Source: an uncultured bacterium (GTDB taxonomy: Bacteria; JAGOEH01). From it: a stretch of DNA of 39,133 nt. Under the pieces are notes generated by a model. It saw nothing but the letters and a program-made list of their open reading frames with translations, had not been told where the DNA came from and ran no database searches. Where the stretch lies: contig CAZWDO010000029.1 of the NCBI GenBank assembly GCA_964632485.1, positions 1 to 39,133 of the forward strand, in the 5' to 3' direction. The stretch's first letter is position 1; every line of letters begins with the position of its first letter. Below are positions 1-8,127 of the stretch, piece by piece. The translations under genes were made by a program, and so were the position numbers.

Positions 1-1
1 G

Positions 2-115
2 GCGAGTATGCGCATACCGTTTGATGAATTGTGGAAATCGGTGATTGATGCCAATGAGGTTTGGTATCGTGGGCGGCGAAACGGACGCATGAAGTCGGTA
101 TGGAAGTCTGCATAA
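2..115 (+). CDS. 3' end of a CDS entering from the left edge (...ASMRIPFDELWKSVIDANEVWYRGRRNGRMKSVWKSA*), product unknown
   Basis: The frame is open from position 2 to TAA at 113-115. The next gene follows 22 nt later with an AAGGAG RBS, which looks operon-like. Confidence 0.5.
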   Translation, partial: ASMRIPFDELWKSVIDANEVWYRGRRNGRMKSVWKSA

Positions 116-137
116 CCATAACCTGCAAGGAGAGCTG

Positions 138-1970
138 ATGGAAATAGAAAAGGAGTTGCGCGCATTTGGCGACCGGTTGCGGCGGTTGGTTCAATCGCGG
201 TGTTTGGCCAGCGAACTATCAGACGGCGGGTGGGTGTTGACCGATAGCGAGGGGCGCGTGGTGGAGGTGATTGCGGATCCGGAGCGGTTATTTGCGTCGA
301 TTGAAGGATTAACGGCGGAAGCGGTTGCCGCCAATGGTGTGGTTGCGGCCTTGCAAGACCATGTCCCTCGAGAAATTACGGTAAAGCCGGGCGCGTGGGG
401 GAGTGAAGTGTCGGCGTATCGGACGTTGGGTATCCCGCTTGCCGACGAGCTGGGCGCGACGGCGGGATGCGTGGGTATCTGGCTATCCGCCGCGAATGCG
501 GAACCGTGGGATATGGATTCGCTTGCGGAATGTTTGATAGCATTATGGGCGGCGACCATGGGAGGGCGGGGCGCTGAGCCGGAGCGGGTGTTAGAACCGG
601 ATCCGTCCTCCGCGGGGCGACCGTCGACGGCGCGCGAGCGAGAGATGGAGCAACGGCTGAGCGAGCTTGAGGAACTCAATCGCGTGATGGCGACTCGGCT
701 GAAGGTCAATCGGGAGATTATCGACAAGGATCCGGAAGGGTTGTTGTTTTTTGATCGGGATCGGCGTATTGTCAACATGAATCGCGAGGCTTCGGAGATG
801 CTGGGAGTGGATCGCTCGGCTTCCGTAGGACGCTCCGCGAGTGAGGTTATGAGCCTGGAACCGGATTTGGATTGGCTGTTGTCGCATCAGCAGACGCTTC
901 AGGCGGTTCGGATGCGGCGCGCGGATGGCGAGATTGATGTGGTGGCTCACGCTATGCAATTGTCAAGCGAGGAGGATCGAAACCGGGGGTATGTTTTGCG
1001 ATTGTACGACGAGCTGTTTTTGCGGCGGATGATGAATAGCCGCCCCCAGCCGGGGACGCGTTATACCTTGTACGATCTCCATGGATTGGATTCGCGGATG
1101 GTGGCGCGAATTCGTCGCGCGGCGGATTCGGACTTGAATATTTTGATCACGGGGGAGACGGGAACGGGCAAAGAAGTACTGGCGCAATCGATCCATAATT
1201 TAATCGCGGAACAGCGGCGGCCGTTCGTCGCGGTCAATTGCGCGGCGATCGCGCCAGGTTTGATCGAGTCGGAACTGTTCGGTTATGATGCCGGCAGTTT
1301 CACCGGAGCGTCGAAAAGCGGTCATCGGGGCTATTTCGAGCAGGCCCATGGCGGGACCTTATTTCTCGACGAGATTGCCGAATTGAGCGTCGACCTTCAG
1401 TCGAAGCTTTTGAGGGCGATCCAGGAGCGGAAAATCCGCCGGGTCGGGGGCAGTGAAAGCCTGCCAATCAAGGTGCGATTGATTTGCGCCACCAATCGCT
1501 TTTCCACCGAAGTCGAGTCCAGATCGCGCGGATTCCGCGCCGATTTGTTTCACCGGCTCAATGAGATTCATTTTCATTTGCCATCTCTGCGGGAACGTCC
1601 CCGACTGATTTTGAAACTGGTGGACCATTTTTCCCGGTTATATCGGCCGACGACAGGTATCCGATTGAGCGCCAAGGCGCGGCGGCTGTTGGAGAACCAT
1701 TCCTGGCCGGGCAATATCCGGGAACTGGAGAAAGTGATTAAGGTGGCCATGACCATGACGGATAAAGAGCTTATCGGCGGGAATGAGATCGAGTCTCTGC
1801 TGGAGAGCGGCGATGTGGAATTTGTCTTTCAGCTTCGCGAAGAATTGTCTCTGGAGGAGCTAAAGGATCGCTATATCCATTATTGCCTGCGCTATCATAG
1901 CGGGAACCGGCAGCGAACGGCGGAACAACTGGGAATCGACCGGAAAACGCTATATAACCGCCGTCGGTAA
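138..1970 (+). CDS. Sigma54-dependent transcriptional activator (bEBP) with GAF-like, PAS, AAA+ and Fis-type HTH domains (AcoR/DhaR-like architecture)
   Basis: Walker A GETGTGKE, FVAVNCAAI, ESELFG..GSFTGA loop, Walker B GTLFLDEI, FRADLFHRLN, WPGNIRELE and C-terminal HTH TAEQLGIDRKTLY. PAS-like EGLLFFDRDRRIVNMNREA. RBS AAGGAG at 127-132. Confidence 0.93.
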   Translation: MEIEKELRAFGDRLRRLVQSRCLASELSDGGWVLTDSEGRVVEVIADPERLFASIEGLTAEAVAANGVVAALQDHVPREITVKPGAWGSEVSAYRTLGIPLADELGATAGCVGIWLSAANAEPWDMDSLAECLIALWAATMGGRGAEPERVLEPDPSSAGRPSTAREREMEQRLSELEELNRVMATRLKVNREIIDKDPEGLLFFDRDRRIVNMNREASEMLGVDRSASVGRSASEVMSLEPDLDWLLSHQQTLQAVRMRRADGEIDVVAHAMQLSSEEDRNRGYVLRLYDELFLRRMMNSRPQPGTRYTLYDLHGLDSRMVARIRRAADSDLNILITGETGTGKEVLAQSIHNLIAEQRRPFVAVNCAAIAPGLIESELFGYDAGSFTGASKSGHRGYFEQAHGGTLFLDEIAELSVDLQSKLLRAIQERKIRRVGGSESLPIKVRLICATNRFSTEVESRSRGFRADLFHRLNEIHFHLPSLRERPRLILKLVDHFSRLYRPTTGIRLSAKARRLLENHSWPGNIRELEKVIKVAMTMTDKELIGGNEIESLLESGDVEFVFQLREELSLEELKDRYIHYCLRYHSGNRQRTAEQLGIDRKTLYNRRR

Positions 1971-2355
1971 GACTCGGGAAAGCGCGCAAGTAGCGGATAG
2001 ATGGGGGATAACTTGCGGATCGTCCCCTGAGATGTCGGGAGAGAGGGAGTTAACCCGCAACCGGGGCGCTGGCGGGAAGCCGCCAAATAGTTGCCATAGA
2101 CAAACGATTTGGAAAAAATTCCCTTTTTTTTCATGGCATAAATTTTTGATTTGTCAGTGGGGGAAAAGGGGTATCATCCACTAACAACTTCCCCGCCCAG
2201 ACGAAGTGAAGTCGTTATGGTATTATGGCATTATGGTAGTGGCTTTCTTCGACGGAACTTTGTAGCGCGTTCTTTCCGGGCGTTACGCTCCGGGTAAAAA
2301 TTCGGAAGGCGAATAGTATTTCCATACTTGTTGTAGATAGAATTTAATTTATTTC

Positions 2356-2384
2356 TTGACAGGGGATATAAAGTATATTATTGT
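2356..2384 (+). promoter_or_regulatory. Sigma70-type promoter
   Basis: TTGACA (2356-2361), 17 nt spacer, TATTGT (2379-2384), with an AT-rich upstream tract. Confidence 0.55.
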
Positions 2385-2458
2385 ATATTGAGTATTTGAA
2401 CTTAAACTGCCATTTTGCCGTTTCAATTTTGAGTTTGAGCGATTAGAATCATCCATCC

Positions 2459-2920
2459 ATGAGAGGGCCTTATCTGATGGCGCGCGCGCTTTTTTCTACT
2501 ATCTTTCAGCAAAGCTCCAGCGGAATCCATTTTCACGGAGAGGTCGAGGATGATGAGGCGCTATATTTTCAAACGGTGGCATTGAATATGGTTTTGGACA
2601 ATCTTGATTTGTGGAATATTGCTACTACTGGTATTGATTTTTCATATCCGTTTGAGTTTTGTAAATTCGATCTCTTCCAAAATCGTCCCAACCCGATTTC
2701 ATTAACGACGGAAATTCAATTTTATTTGGGAAAGCCTTGTTTCACTCGTTTGGTTGTATGCAATTTGCTGGGTGAAATTATGGCCTCCCTGGTCAACACC
2801 CGTCTGTCGGCCGGCGAGTATTCAATAACATTTGATTCAGCGATTTACCCGGCGGCATCTATTTTTGCGATTTAATGGTCGCTAATCAGAGATGTGTAGG
2901 CAAAATGCGTGTGGAGATAA
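2459..2920 (+). pseudogene. Degenerate, frameshifted remnant of a gene with a T9SS-type (Por secretion/FlgD-Ig-like) C-terminal sorting domain
   Basis: ORF 2459-2875 reads FDLFQNRPNPISLTTEIQFYL...VCNLLGEIMASLVN...AGEYSITFD, matching the QNYPNPFN...IYNxLG..V.TLV...G.Y.V.FD consensus. After ~2838 the expected tail SDLPGGIYFCDLMV...GKM continues in another frame. No signal peptide or cargo domain is present. Confidence 0.75.
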
Positions 2921-3058
2921 TTGATTTTGCCTGCCCCGCTTTTTTTATTCTGGGTATTGATATCAATGGGACGCATGACCTGGGGCAATTGAAACAAGCT
3001 GGTTTTTGGAATCTTGTTATTTGACGTCGGTAGGAATTAGTGAAAGGAGAAAAATGGA

Positions 3059-3463
3059 ATGAAATGGAAATATGCCCTGGGATGGATACCCCTTGTCATT
3101 ATTGCGATTGCTAATGGCGTTTTTCGTCAAATCTTTTTTCAGCAATCCCTTGGGGAGTTGCGCGCCCATCAACTTTCAACAGCTATTGGCATTATCCTTT
3201 TTGGAATATATATAGATTGGTTAATGCGTCGCTGGAACCCGGAATCATTGAAGGATACTATTCGTATCGGCGGACTCTGGATGATGTTGACTATACTTTT
3301 CGAATTCAGTCTGGGGCGGTTGGTTTTGGAACTCGATTGGTCTGTTTTACTGCATGACTATAATTTGCTTGCTGGAAGGGTTTGGGTTCTGGTGATCATC
3401 TGGGTTGCCGTGGCGCCTTCTGTTTTTTTTCTGACAGGGAAAAAAAACACTACTGTCAGATAA
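3059..3463 (+). CDS. Conserved hypothetical membrane protein with about 4 TM helices
   Basis: Four hydrophobic segments and motifs ANG..R, FEF..G and W..LL.DYN...GR.W. RBS AAAGGAG upstream. Confidence 0.8.
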   Translation: MKWKYALGWIPLVIIAIANGVFRQIFFQQSLGELRAHQLSTAIGIILFGIYIDWLMRRWNPESLKDTIRIGGLWMMLTILFEFSLGRLVLELDWSVLLHDYNLLAGRVWVLVIIWVAVAPSVFFLTGKKNTTVR

Positions 3464-3532
3464 TGCCGGCTTATTGATCCGCCACATCCAAGTCTGCTGC
3501 CAATCCAATGTAAAGTTCATCAAGGAGAAAAA

Positions 3533-4093
3533 ATGAACAAAATCGCAAAAAAAATCCTGGTGTTTATGTCTGCTTTGATTATTTTTCAAGCGAGCGCCTG
3601 TTATGCTCAATCAAAAGAATCGGTATTGAAGGTTTCATTGGATAGCCTGGTGGCTGGGATCGAGCACTATGTCGAAAAATCCGTTGTTGTCGAGGGAATT
3701 GTCATCCATGTTTGCGGTGTGGACGGAAAAAAAATAAAATTGAAAGGTGATTCCGGCGCCGTGATAAAGATTGTGCCGGACGAAATCCTGGGAGTGTTTG
3801 ATGGCTCATTGAAAGATAAGAAGATCAGAGTGTGGGGAATTGCAGGGGAAAAACGAATCGATAGCGCTTATATCGATAGTTTGCAGGCGCTGCGGAAGCC
3901 GGTTTGTCATGTTGATCATCAGACCTGTAAAAGTGAGAGTTGGCGAGAAAAACTCGAAAAGGAAGGTGTTCTTGATCAAAAAATGCTGGAAGCCGCCAGC
4001 GCCATGCGGGAAAAGGTTGCGAAAAGCGACAAGGGGTATTACTCGCGAATATCGATCCTGGCATCAAAAATTGAAGAGATTCCACCTGATTGA
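3533..4093 (+). CDS. Exported hypothetical protein, probably OB-fold-like, with His/Cys motifs
   Basis: N-terminal signal peptide (MNKIAKK-hydrophobic-ACYA). VVVEGIVIHVC..GKK strand pattern and CHVDHQTC. RBS AAGGAG. Confidence 0.75.
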   Translation: MNKIAKKILVFMSALIIFQASACYAQSKESVLKVSLDSLVAGIEHYVEKSVVVEGIVIHVCGVDGKKIKLKGDSGAVIKIVPDEILGVFDGSLKDKKIRVWGIAGEKRIDSAYIDSLQALRKPVCHVDHQTCKSESWREKLEKEGVLDQKMLEAASAMREKVAKSDKGYYSRISILASKIEEIPPD

Positions 4094-4099
4094 ATCCGA

Positions 4100-4813
4100 T
4101 CAGCCACGTGGATCAGAGGAGTCAGTTGCCTGGAATGTCTCACTTTCTATCATCTGGATGAGCTGATCTAAGTGAAAACTGTGATCGACCTTGAAAACAG
4201 TATAATGATTCAGCCGTTTATCCCTGAAATAGTAAAGCTGGTTGGCGAACAACGAAATATCTTCAAGAGTATGGGTGACCAGGATACTGGTTAAATTCTG
4301 ATAGCGTTCTTGTAAAAAATGGCCAATCCGTACTTTGGTTTTAAAATCGATGGAGCGGAACGGTTCATCCCAGAAAACTACATCGGGGTGTTGCAGCATC
4401 GCGCGAATAATTGCCACTTTATGCCGCATTCCGCCGGAGAGTTGAAATGGATAGAGGCCCAAGCTTGCCTGCAACTCCAACAGGTTCAACCATGCTTCCA
4501 TTTCCTCCAGCGACGCGGAGGAAGGCTTTTGTTTGGTCAGACGAAAGGGATATAGGATGTTTTCCCGGACTGTCATATACGAAAATAAGCCTGCATCCTG
4601 AAATACGATCCCTTTTCGCCGGCTGTTAACCTGATAACGGCCTTGGTAACGCGGGTCCAGTTCCATCAGTATCCGTAACAATGTGCTTTTCCCGGCGCCG
4701 GAAGGGGCGAAAAGGCACATCTTGTCCCGGGGGTTCAAATGAAATGAAAGCTGGTCAATAACCGCAGGTCCATCAGGTGTGTATCGTTTGCTTAACTGTT
4801 CGATATGAATCAT
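4100..4813 (-). CDS. ABC transporter ATP-binding protein, NitT/TauT family
   Basis: Walker A APSGAGKST, Q-loop IVFQD, signature YPFQLSGGM, Walker B VFWDEPF and H-loop LVTH. Confidence 0.9.
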   Translation of the reverse strand: MIHIEQLSKRYTPDGPAVIDQLSFHLNPRDKMCLFAPSGAGKSTLLRILMELDPRYQGRYQVNSRRKGIVFQDAGLFSYMTVRENILYPFRLTKQKPSSASLEEMEAWLNLLELQASLGLYPFQLSGGMRHKVAIIRAMLQHPDVVFWDEPFRSIDFKTKVRIGHFLQERYQNLTSILVTHTLEDISLFANQLYYFRDKRLNHYTVFKVDHSFHLDQLIQMIESETFQATDSSDPRG

Positions 4814-5580
4814 GGTTGGTCCGGAAGCAGGTATTTTTCAAAAAAAATTACAAATAAAAATTGACCGATGACCTGGATAATCAATGCCAATACCAATAGC
4901 GCGGATAGATAGAAAAATACGGCATTCATGTCGAAATAAATTTTGGATAGATTCAACAGATAACCCAGGCCGTTTTCCGAGGCGATAAATTCCCCCAGTA
5001 CCACGACCTTGAAGGCTTGTCCGATACCCAAGGTAAAATTGCTGCGCAGGGCGGGTATCAAGGCGGGAATGTAGAGATCGCGGATCAGGTCGCGTGTCGT
5101 TCCGCCAAATCCCAGAATTACGTTTTCCATTACGGAATTTTTTTTAAGAAGGGTGTTGGTTGTGTTGATTGTCATTAATGGTAATGCCATGGCGACAATC
5201 AGCGCGATCGGAGCCGCATCCCCAATTCCGAACATGAGCATAAAAATGATTCCGACTATAGTTCCCGGTAATATTTGGAGCATTAACATAAAGGTTTCAG
5301 TAACATCCTTCAATCGGAAAAAAAATGCGATAATTCCTAAGACGCCTCCCCCGATAAAGGCGATGATGAATCCCGCCAGGGTGCGATAGAGGGTAACTGC
5401 AAGGTGGAGCATAAAATCAGAATTTAAGTAGGAATTGATTTTAGCCATGACTGACCATGGGGCGGGCAAGATATATTTCTCAAAGAAAAAAGAGGACACT
5501 GTCCATACAGCCAAAAAAATAGTCAGAGCGAAAAAGTTATTACGGATGGATGTAAAAAAAATCTTGAAATGCTTTTTCAA
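4810..5580 (-). CDS. ABC transporter permease, NitT/TauT family
   Basis: ILPAPWSV, H...TLYR...GF, EAA-like loop (FGGT...IRDLYIPALIP) and VVLGEFIASENGLGY. Overlaps both neighbours. The TTG start is uncertain. Confidence 0.9.
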   Translation of the reverse strand: MKKHFKIFFTSIRNNFFALTIFLAVWTVSSFFFEKYILPAPWSVMAKINSYLNSDFMLHLAVTLYRTLAGFIIAFIGGGVLGIIAFFFRLKDVTETFMLMLQILPGTIVGIIFMLMFGIGDAAPIALIVAMALPLMTINTTNTLLKKNSVMENVILGFGGTTRDLIRDLYIPALIPALRSNFTLGIGQAFKVVVLGEFIASENGLGYLLNLSKIYFDMNAVFFYLSALLVLALIIQVIGQFLFVIFFEKYLLPDQP

Positions 5581-6451
5581 GAGGTATCCCTAATGTCTGG
5601 TAATATGTTTCAATGTGTGTCTTTAAGGCTTGTCCTGTCAGCAGTTGAAATTGAACACGGCCTAAGATTTCGGATGCATGGGGAAAAGGAATCGGGAATT
5701 TGTTGGATTGAAGCATACGAAGCCCTGCTAATGTGTCGTGTTGTATTGATTGGATTTGTTGATTGGCCATATTCAACAATGCGGCGATTTCGTCCGGGTG
5801 AGTCTCAGTCCAACGGCTCAGCGCGAAGAGACAAAGCTGCGGGTATCCCTGCGTTGCGCCCGTCGCTTTGTTCCAAAGCGAATCAAATGAGTTTCCAATA
5901 TATAAATAGGGAATATCGGCCAGTTGTGAAATGAATGGTTCGGGCAGCGCCGCAATGAGGGCCTTTTTTTGTTTCAGTAGTTCTGCCGTAGCGGGTAAGG
6001 GTGAATATTTGACTTTTACGTCTTTCCCATATACCAACCCTTGTTTTTCAATTAAAAAACGCGCGACTTCCTCGATAGGTGAATCGCTGAAAGGGACGTA
6101 GATCGTTTGATTTTTTAATTGTTGGATGCGCTGTATCGTAATATCAACTCCCACCCACCAGGTTAAACCCGAAACCAGCGATGCCAGTATACGAATGGGA
6201 ACCCCCTGTTCGTACAGGCGTTTACCGACGGAAAGCCCGGTCAGGATCAGTACATCAGCTTGATGGATGAAACGGGCATGAGCCTGAGAATGATTGATGA
6301 ATACGGATACCTGCGTTTCAGGCAACAGCGAGTCAGCGGCCAATAACGGCAGACTCCCCGGGGATGCGGGGACTAGTATCAATGTGTTTGCTTTGCTGCC
6401 CATTGACAGGCATAATCCTATTAAAAAATAAACCAAACGGCGTGTGAGCAT
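5540..6451 (-). CDS. ABC transporter substrate-binding protein, NitT/TauT (NMT1/SsuA-like) family
   Basis: Signal peptide, I.QLKNQTIYVPF, AALPEPFIS and GYPQ motifs. Sits directly upstream of the permease and ATPase. Confidence 0.85.
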   Translation of the reverse strand: MLTRRLVYFLIGLCLSMGSKANTLILVPASPGSLPLLAADSLLPETQVSVFINHSQAHARFIHQADVLILTGLSVGKRLYEQGVPIRILASLVSGLTWWVGVDITIQRIQQLKNQTIYVPFSDSPIEEVARFLIEKQGLVYGKDVKVKYSPLPATAELLKQKKALIAALPEPFISQLADIPYLYIGNSFDSLWNKATGATQGYPQLCLFALSRWTETHPDEIAALLNMANQQIQSIQHDTLAGLRMLQSNKFPIPFPHASEILGRVQFQLLTGQALKTHIETYYQTLGIPLEKAFQDFFYIHP

Positions 6452-6459
6452 TTTTCCCT

Positions 6460-7911
6460 TTACTTTGAATTGCCAGGTTCAGATAATTCAATGCGTTTTA
6501 CCGAGTAATCCCAGTCCCATTGGTCGAAATAGAGGTTCCCGGCCCGTGATTCAACTTCGCCGCGTTGAAAATCGACGGTTTCCGATCGGAAAAATATTTT
6601 TGCCGGATAAAGGGGGGCGCTGAATTCATGGTTGATTACCAAGCGATAGCTGTCGATATTGCCAAAATTAAACCATTTCTCTGCATCCGTTTTTTCGTCG
6701 GCCATATACCCCTGATCCGGGTCCACTGGCAGCCAGCCATAGGGAGGTAAGTATATTTGGGCCCAATCGTGCATCCCATGGTAAACCGCATCGCTGGTAA
6801 ATCCTGATTCCCAACGGGCCGGTATGCCATTATATCGGCAAAGGGTAATGAAGAGCATGGCTTTCATGCCGCAATCACCCCAACCATGCGCGAGTATGTA
6901 GCCCGGAATATCGGTGTGAGTACTGTATTCCCGCGCGGAAGCCCATATAACGTTATCGCTGATCCAGCGAAATATTTTTTTGGCTTTCAAATATAAATTG
7001 GATTCTTTGCCGATAATTTTAGACGAAAGCGCGCAAATATTCGGGGTGAATTGGATATGCGGCGCGCGTTCGCATAAATACTGCGCTTTGATTGAATCGT
7101 CGATGCGTGTGGGATCGATTTTATTCGGATCAATGATTTGATACTGGCCAAACGATGTGTATTGAAATGTCACTGAAAAAGTGACTGCTTCATTTGCTTT
7201 CGATACTTTTTCCATATAAACAGTACGAGGGGAGCGCTGCTGATCGGCAATAATCACTTGTTTAGGATCACTCTGGACTAAACAGATATCTTTTTGGCGA
7301 TCCGTTTCCTGAGGGTAAGGTAGCCAGGCGCGCGCAATTTCCCCAGTCGGAACTTCTCCGGGTTTAATACTTAGTGTATAAACTACTTCGAAGCGCTGAG
7401 GGTCTTGTAAGGGATTTCCAGTACGGCTAAATCCGGCGATGATGGCTTGCCGATTGGGTCTCAGAGTGTCATCCATCAGATTCAATTCAGGTTTTAACTT
7501 CTGTTTACGCATTTTGGCTTCAGAGTTCACCCGGAATAGATTCTGAACCGCATTGTTGAAATATTTCTTCTCGCCGTCAATTATCATGAATTCCAGACTA
7601 CCGGCTTTTTCCCATTTCTCAAAATCCTGGGGAGTAATTGTGGGATCAATTTGCAGCGCTTGTTTAAACGCTTTTTCGGGGGGCAGCCGAAAATCCAGGG
7701 CGATCCTCCGCATCCGATCTTTTTCAAATTCAAGCTCACTTTTTTGAGAATAAGATAATTCTGATTCATTCTGCAATAATTGGGCAATCTGTAAATGGGC
7801 TTCACGAAAGTGTCCCTGATCAATTAACTTACGAACCTCTTGAATATCGGCATTGATATTAAACGCTGAAGTTAAGATAATCAGCCATATAAATCGGAAA
7901 AAATACCGCAT
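6460..7911 (-). CDS. Exported transglutaminase-like (papain-fold Cys-His-Asp) domain protein
   Basis: Signal peptide, ARAWLPYP, and triad motifs GWGDCG (Cys), HDWAQIYLPPYGW (His) and WLPVDP (Asp). RBS AAGGAG. Confidence 0.9.
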   Translation of the reverse strand: MRYFFRFIWLIILTSAFNINADIQEVRKLIDQGHFREAHLQIAQLLQNESELSYSQKSELEFEKDRMRRIALDFRLPPEKAFKQALQIDPTITPQDFEKWEKAGSLEFMIIDGEKKYFNNAVQNLFRVNSEAKMRKQKLKPELNLMDDTLRPNRQAIIAGFSRTGNPLQDPQRFEVVYTLSIKPGEVPTGEIARAWLPYPQETDRQKDICLVQSDPKQVIIADQQRSPRTVYMEKVSKANEAVTFSVTFQYTSFGQYQIIDPNKIDPTRIDDSIKAQYLCERAPHIQFTPNICALSSKIIGKESNLYLKAKKIFRWISDNVIWASAREYSTHTDIPGYILAHGWGDCGMKAMLFITLCRYNGIPARWESGFTSDAVYHGMHDWAQIYLPPYGWLPVDPDQGYMADEKTDAEKWFNFGNIDSYRLVINHEFSAPLYPAKIFFRSETVDFQRGEVESRAGNLYFDQWDWDYSVKRIELSEPGNSK

Positions 7912-7980
7912 AGTCAGCTCCTTTTATAATGGATCATCAATGAATTTTAGTCAAAAACGTTTCGCCGTACGATTTGCTTT

Positions 7981-8054
7981 AAAATATTAAATAAAACAAT
8001 AAAAATCAAGTCATTTGTTTTTTTGTTGATTTTTTTTTCTTTTTAGATTAGCTT
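7981..8054. promoter_or_regulatory. Back-to-back divergent sigma70-type promoters
   Basis: Minus strand: TTGATT (8009-8004), N17, TATTTT (7986-7981). Plus strand: TTGATT (8026-8031), N17, TAGCTT (8049-8054). Confidence 0.45.
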
Positions 8055-8127
8055 ATAAGAACAGACTGCAAGTAAACTGACAGTTGATCGGAGTCTGTGG
8101 TTTTCTCAAGCGTCAATAAAAAAAGGA

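Noticed and set aside
191-778. 195-aa antisense ORF and the many other short overlapping ORFs in the track, such as 13187-13816 and 24862-25521
   Set aside because: They are shadow frames of well-supported genes, with no recognisable motifs.
1300-1320. GSFTGA instead of GAFTGA in the first bEBP
   Set aside because: This is a common natural variant and is not evidence of sigma54 independence.
2082-2096. Minus-strand GG-N10-GC motif TGGCAACTATTTGGC (sigma54-like)
   Set aside because: The -12 element is imperfect and it points antisense into the activator gene with no plausible target ORF.
4685-4712. Walker A reads APSGAGKST rather than GPSGxGKST
   Set aside because: Ala at the first position is tolerated in P-loops and all other motifs are intact.
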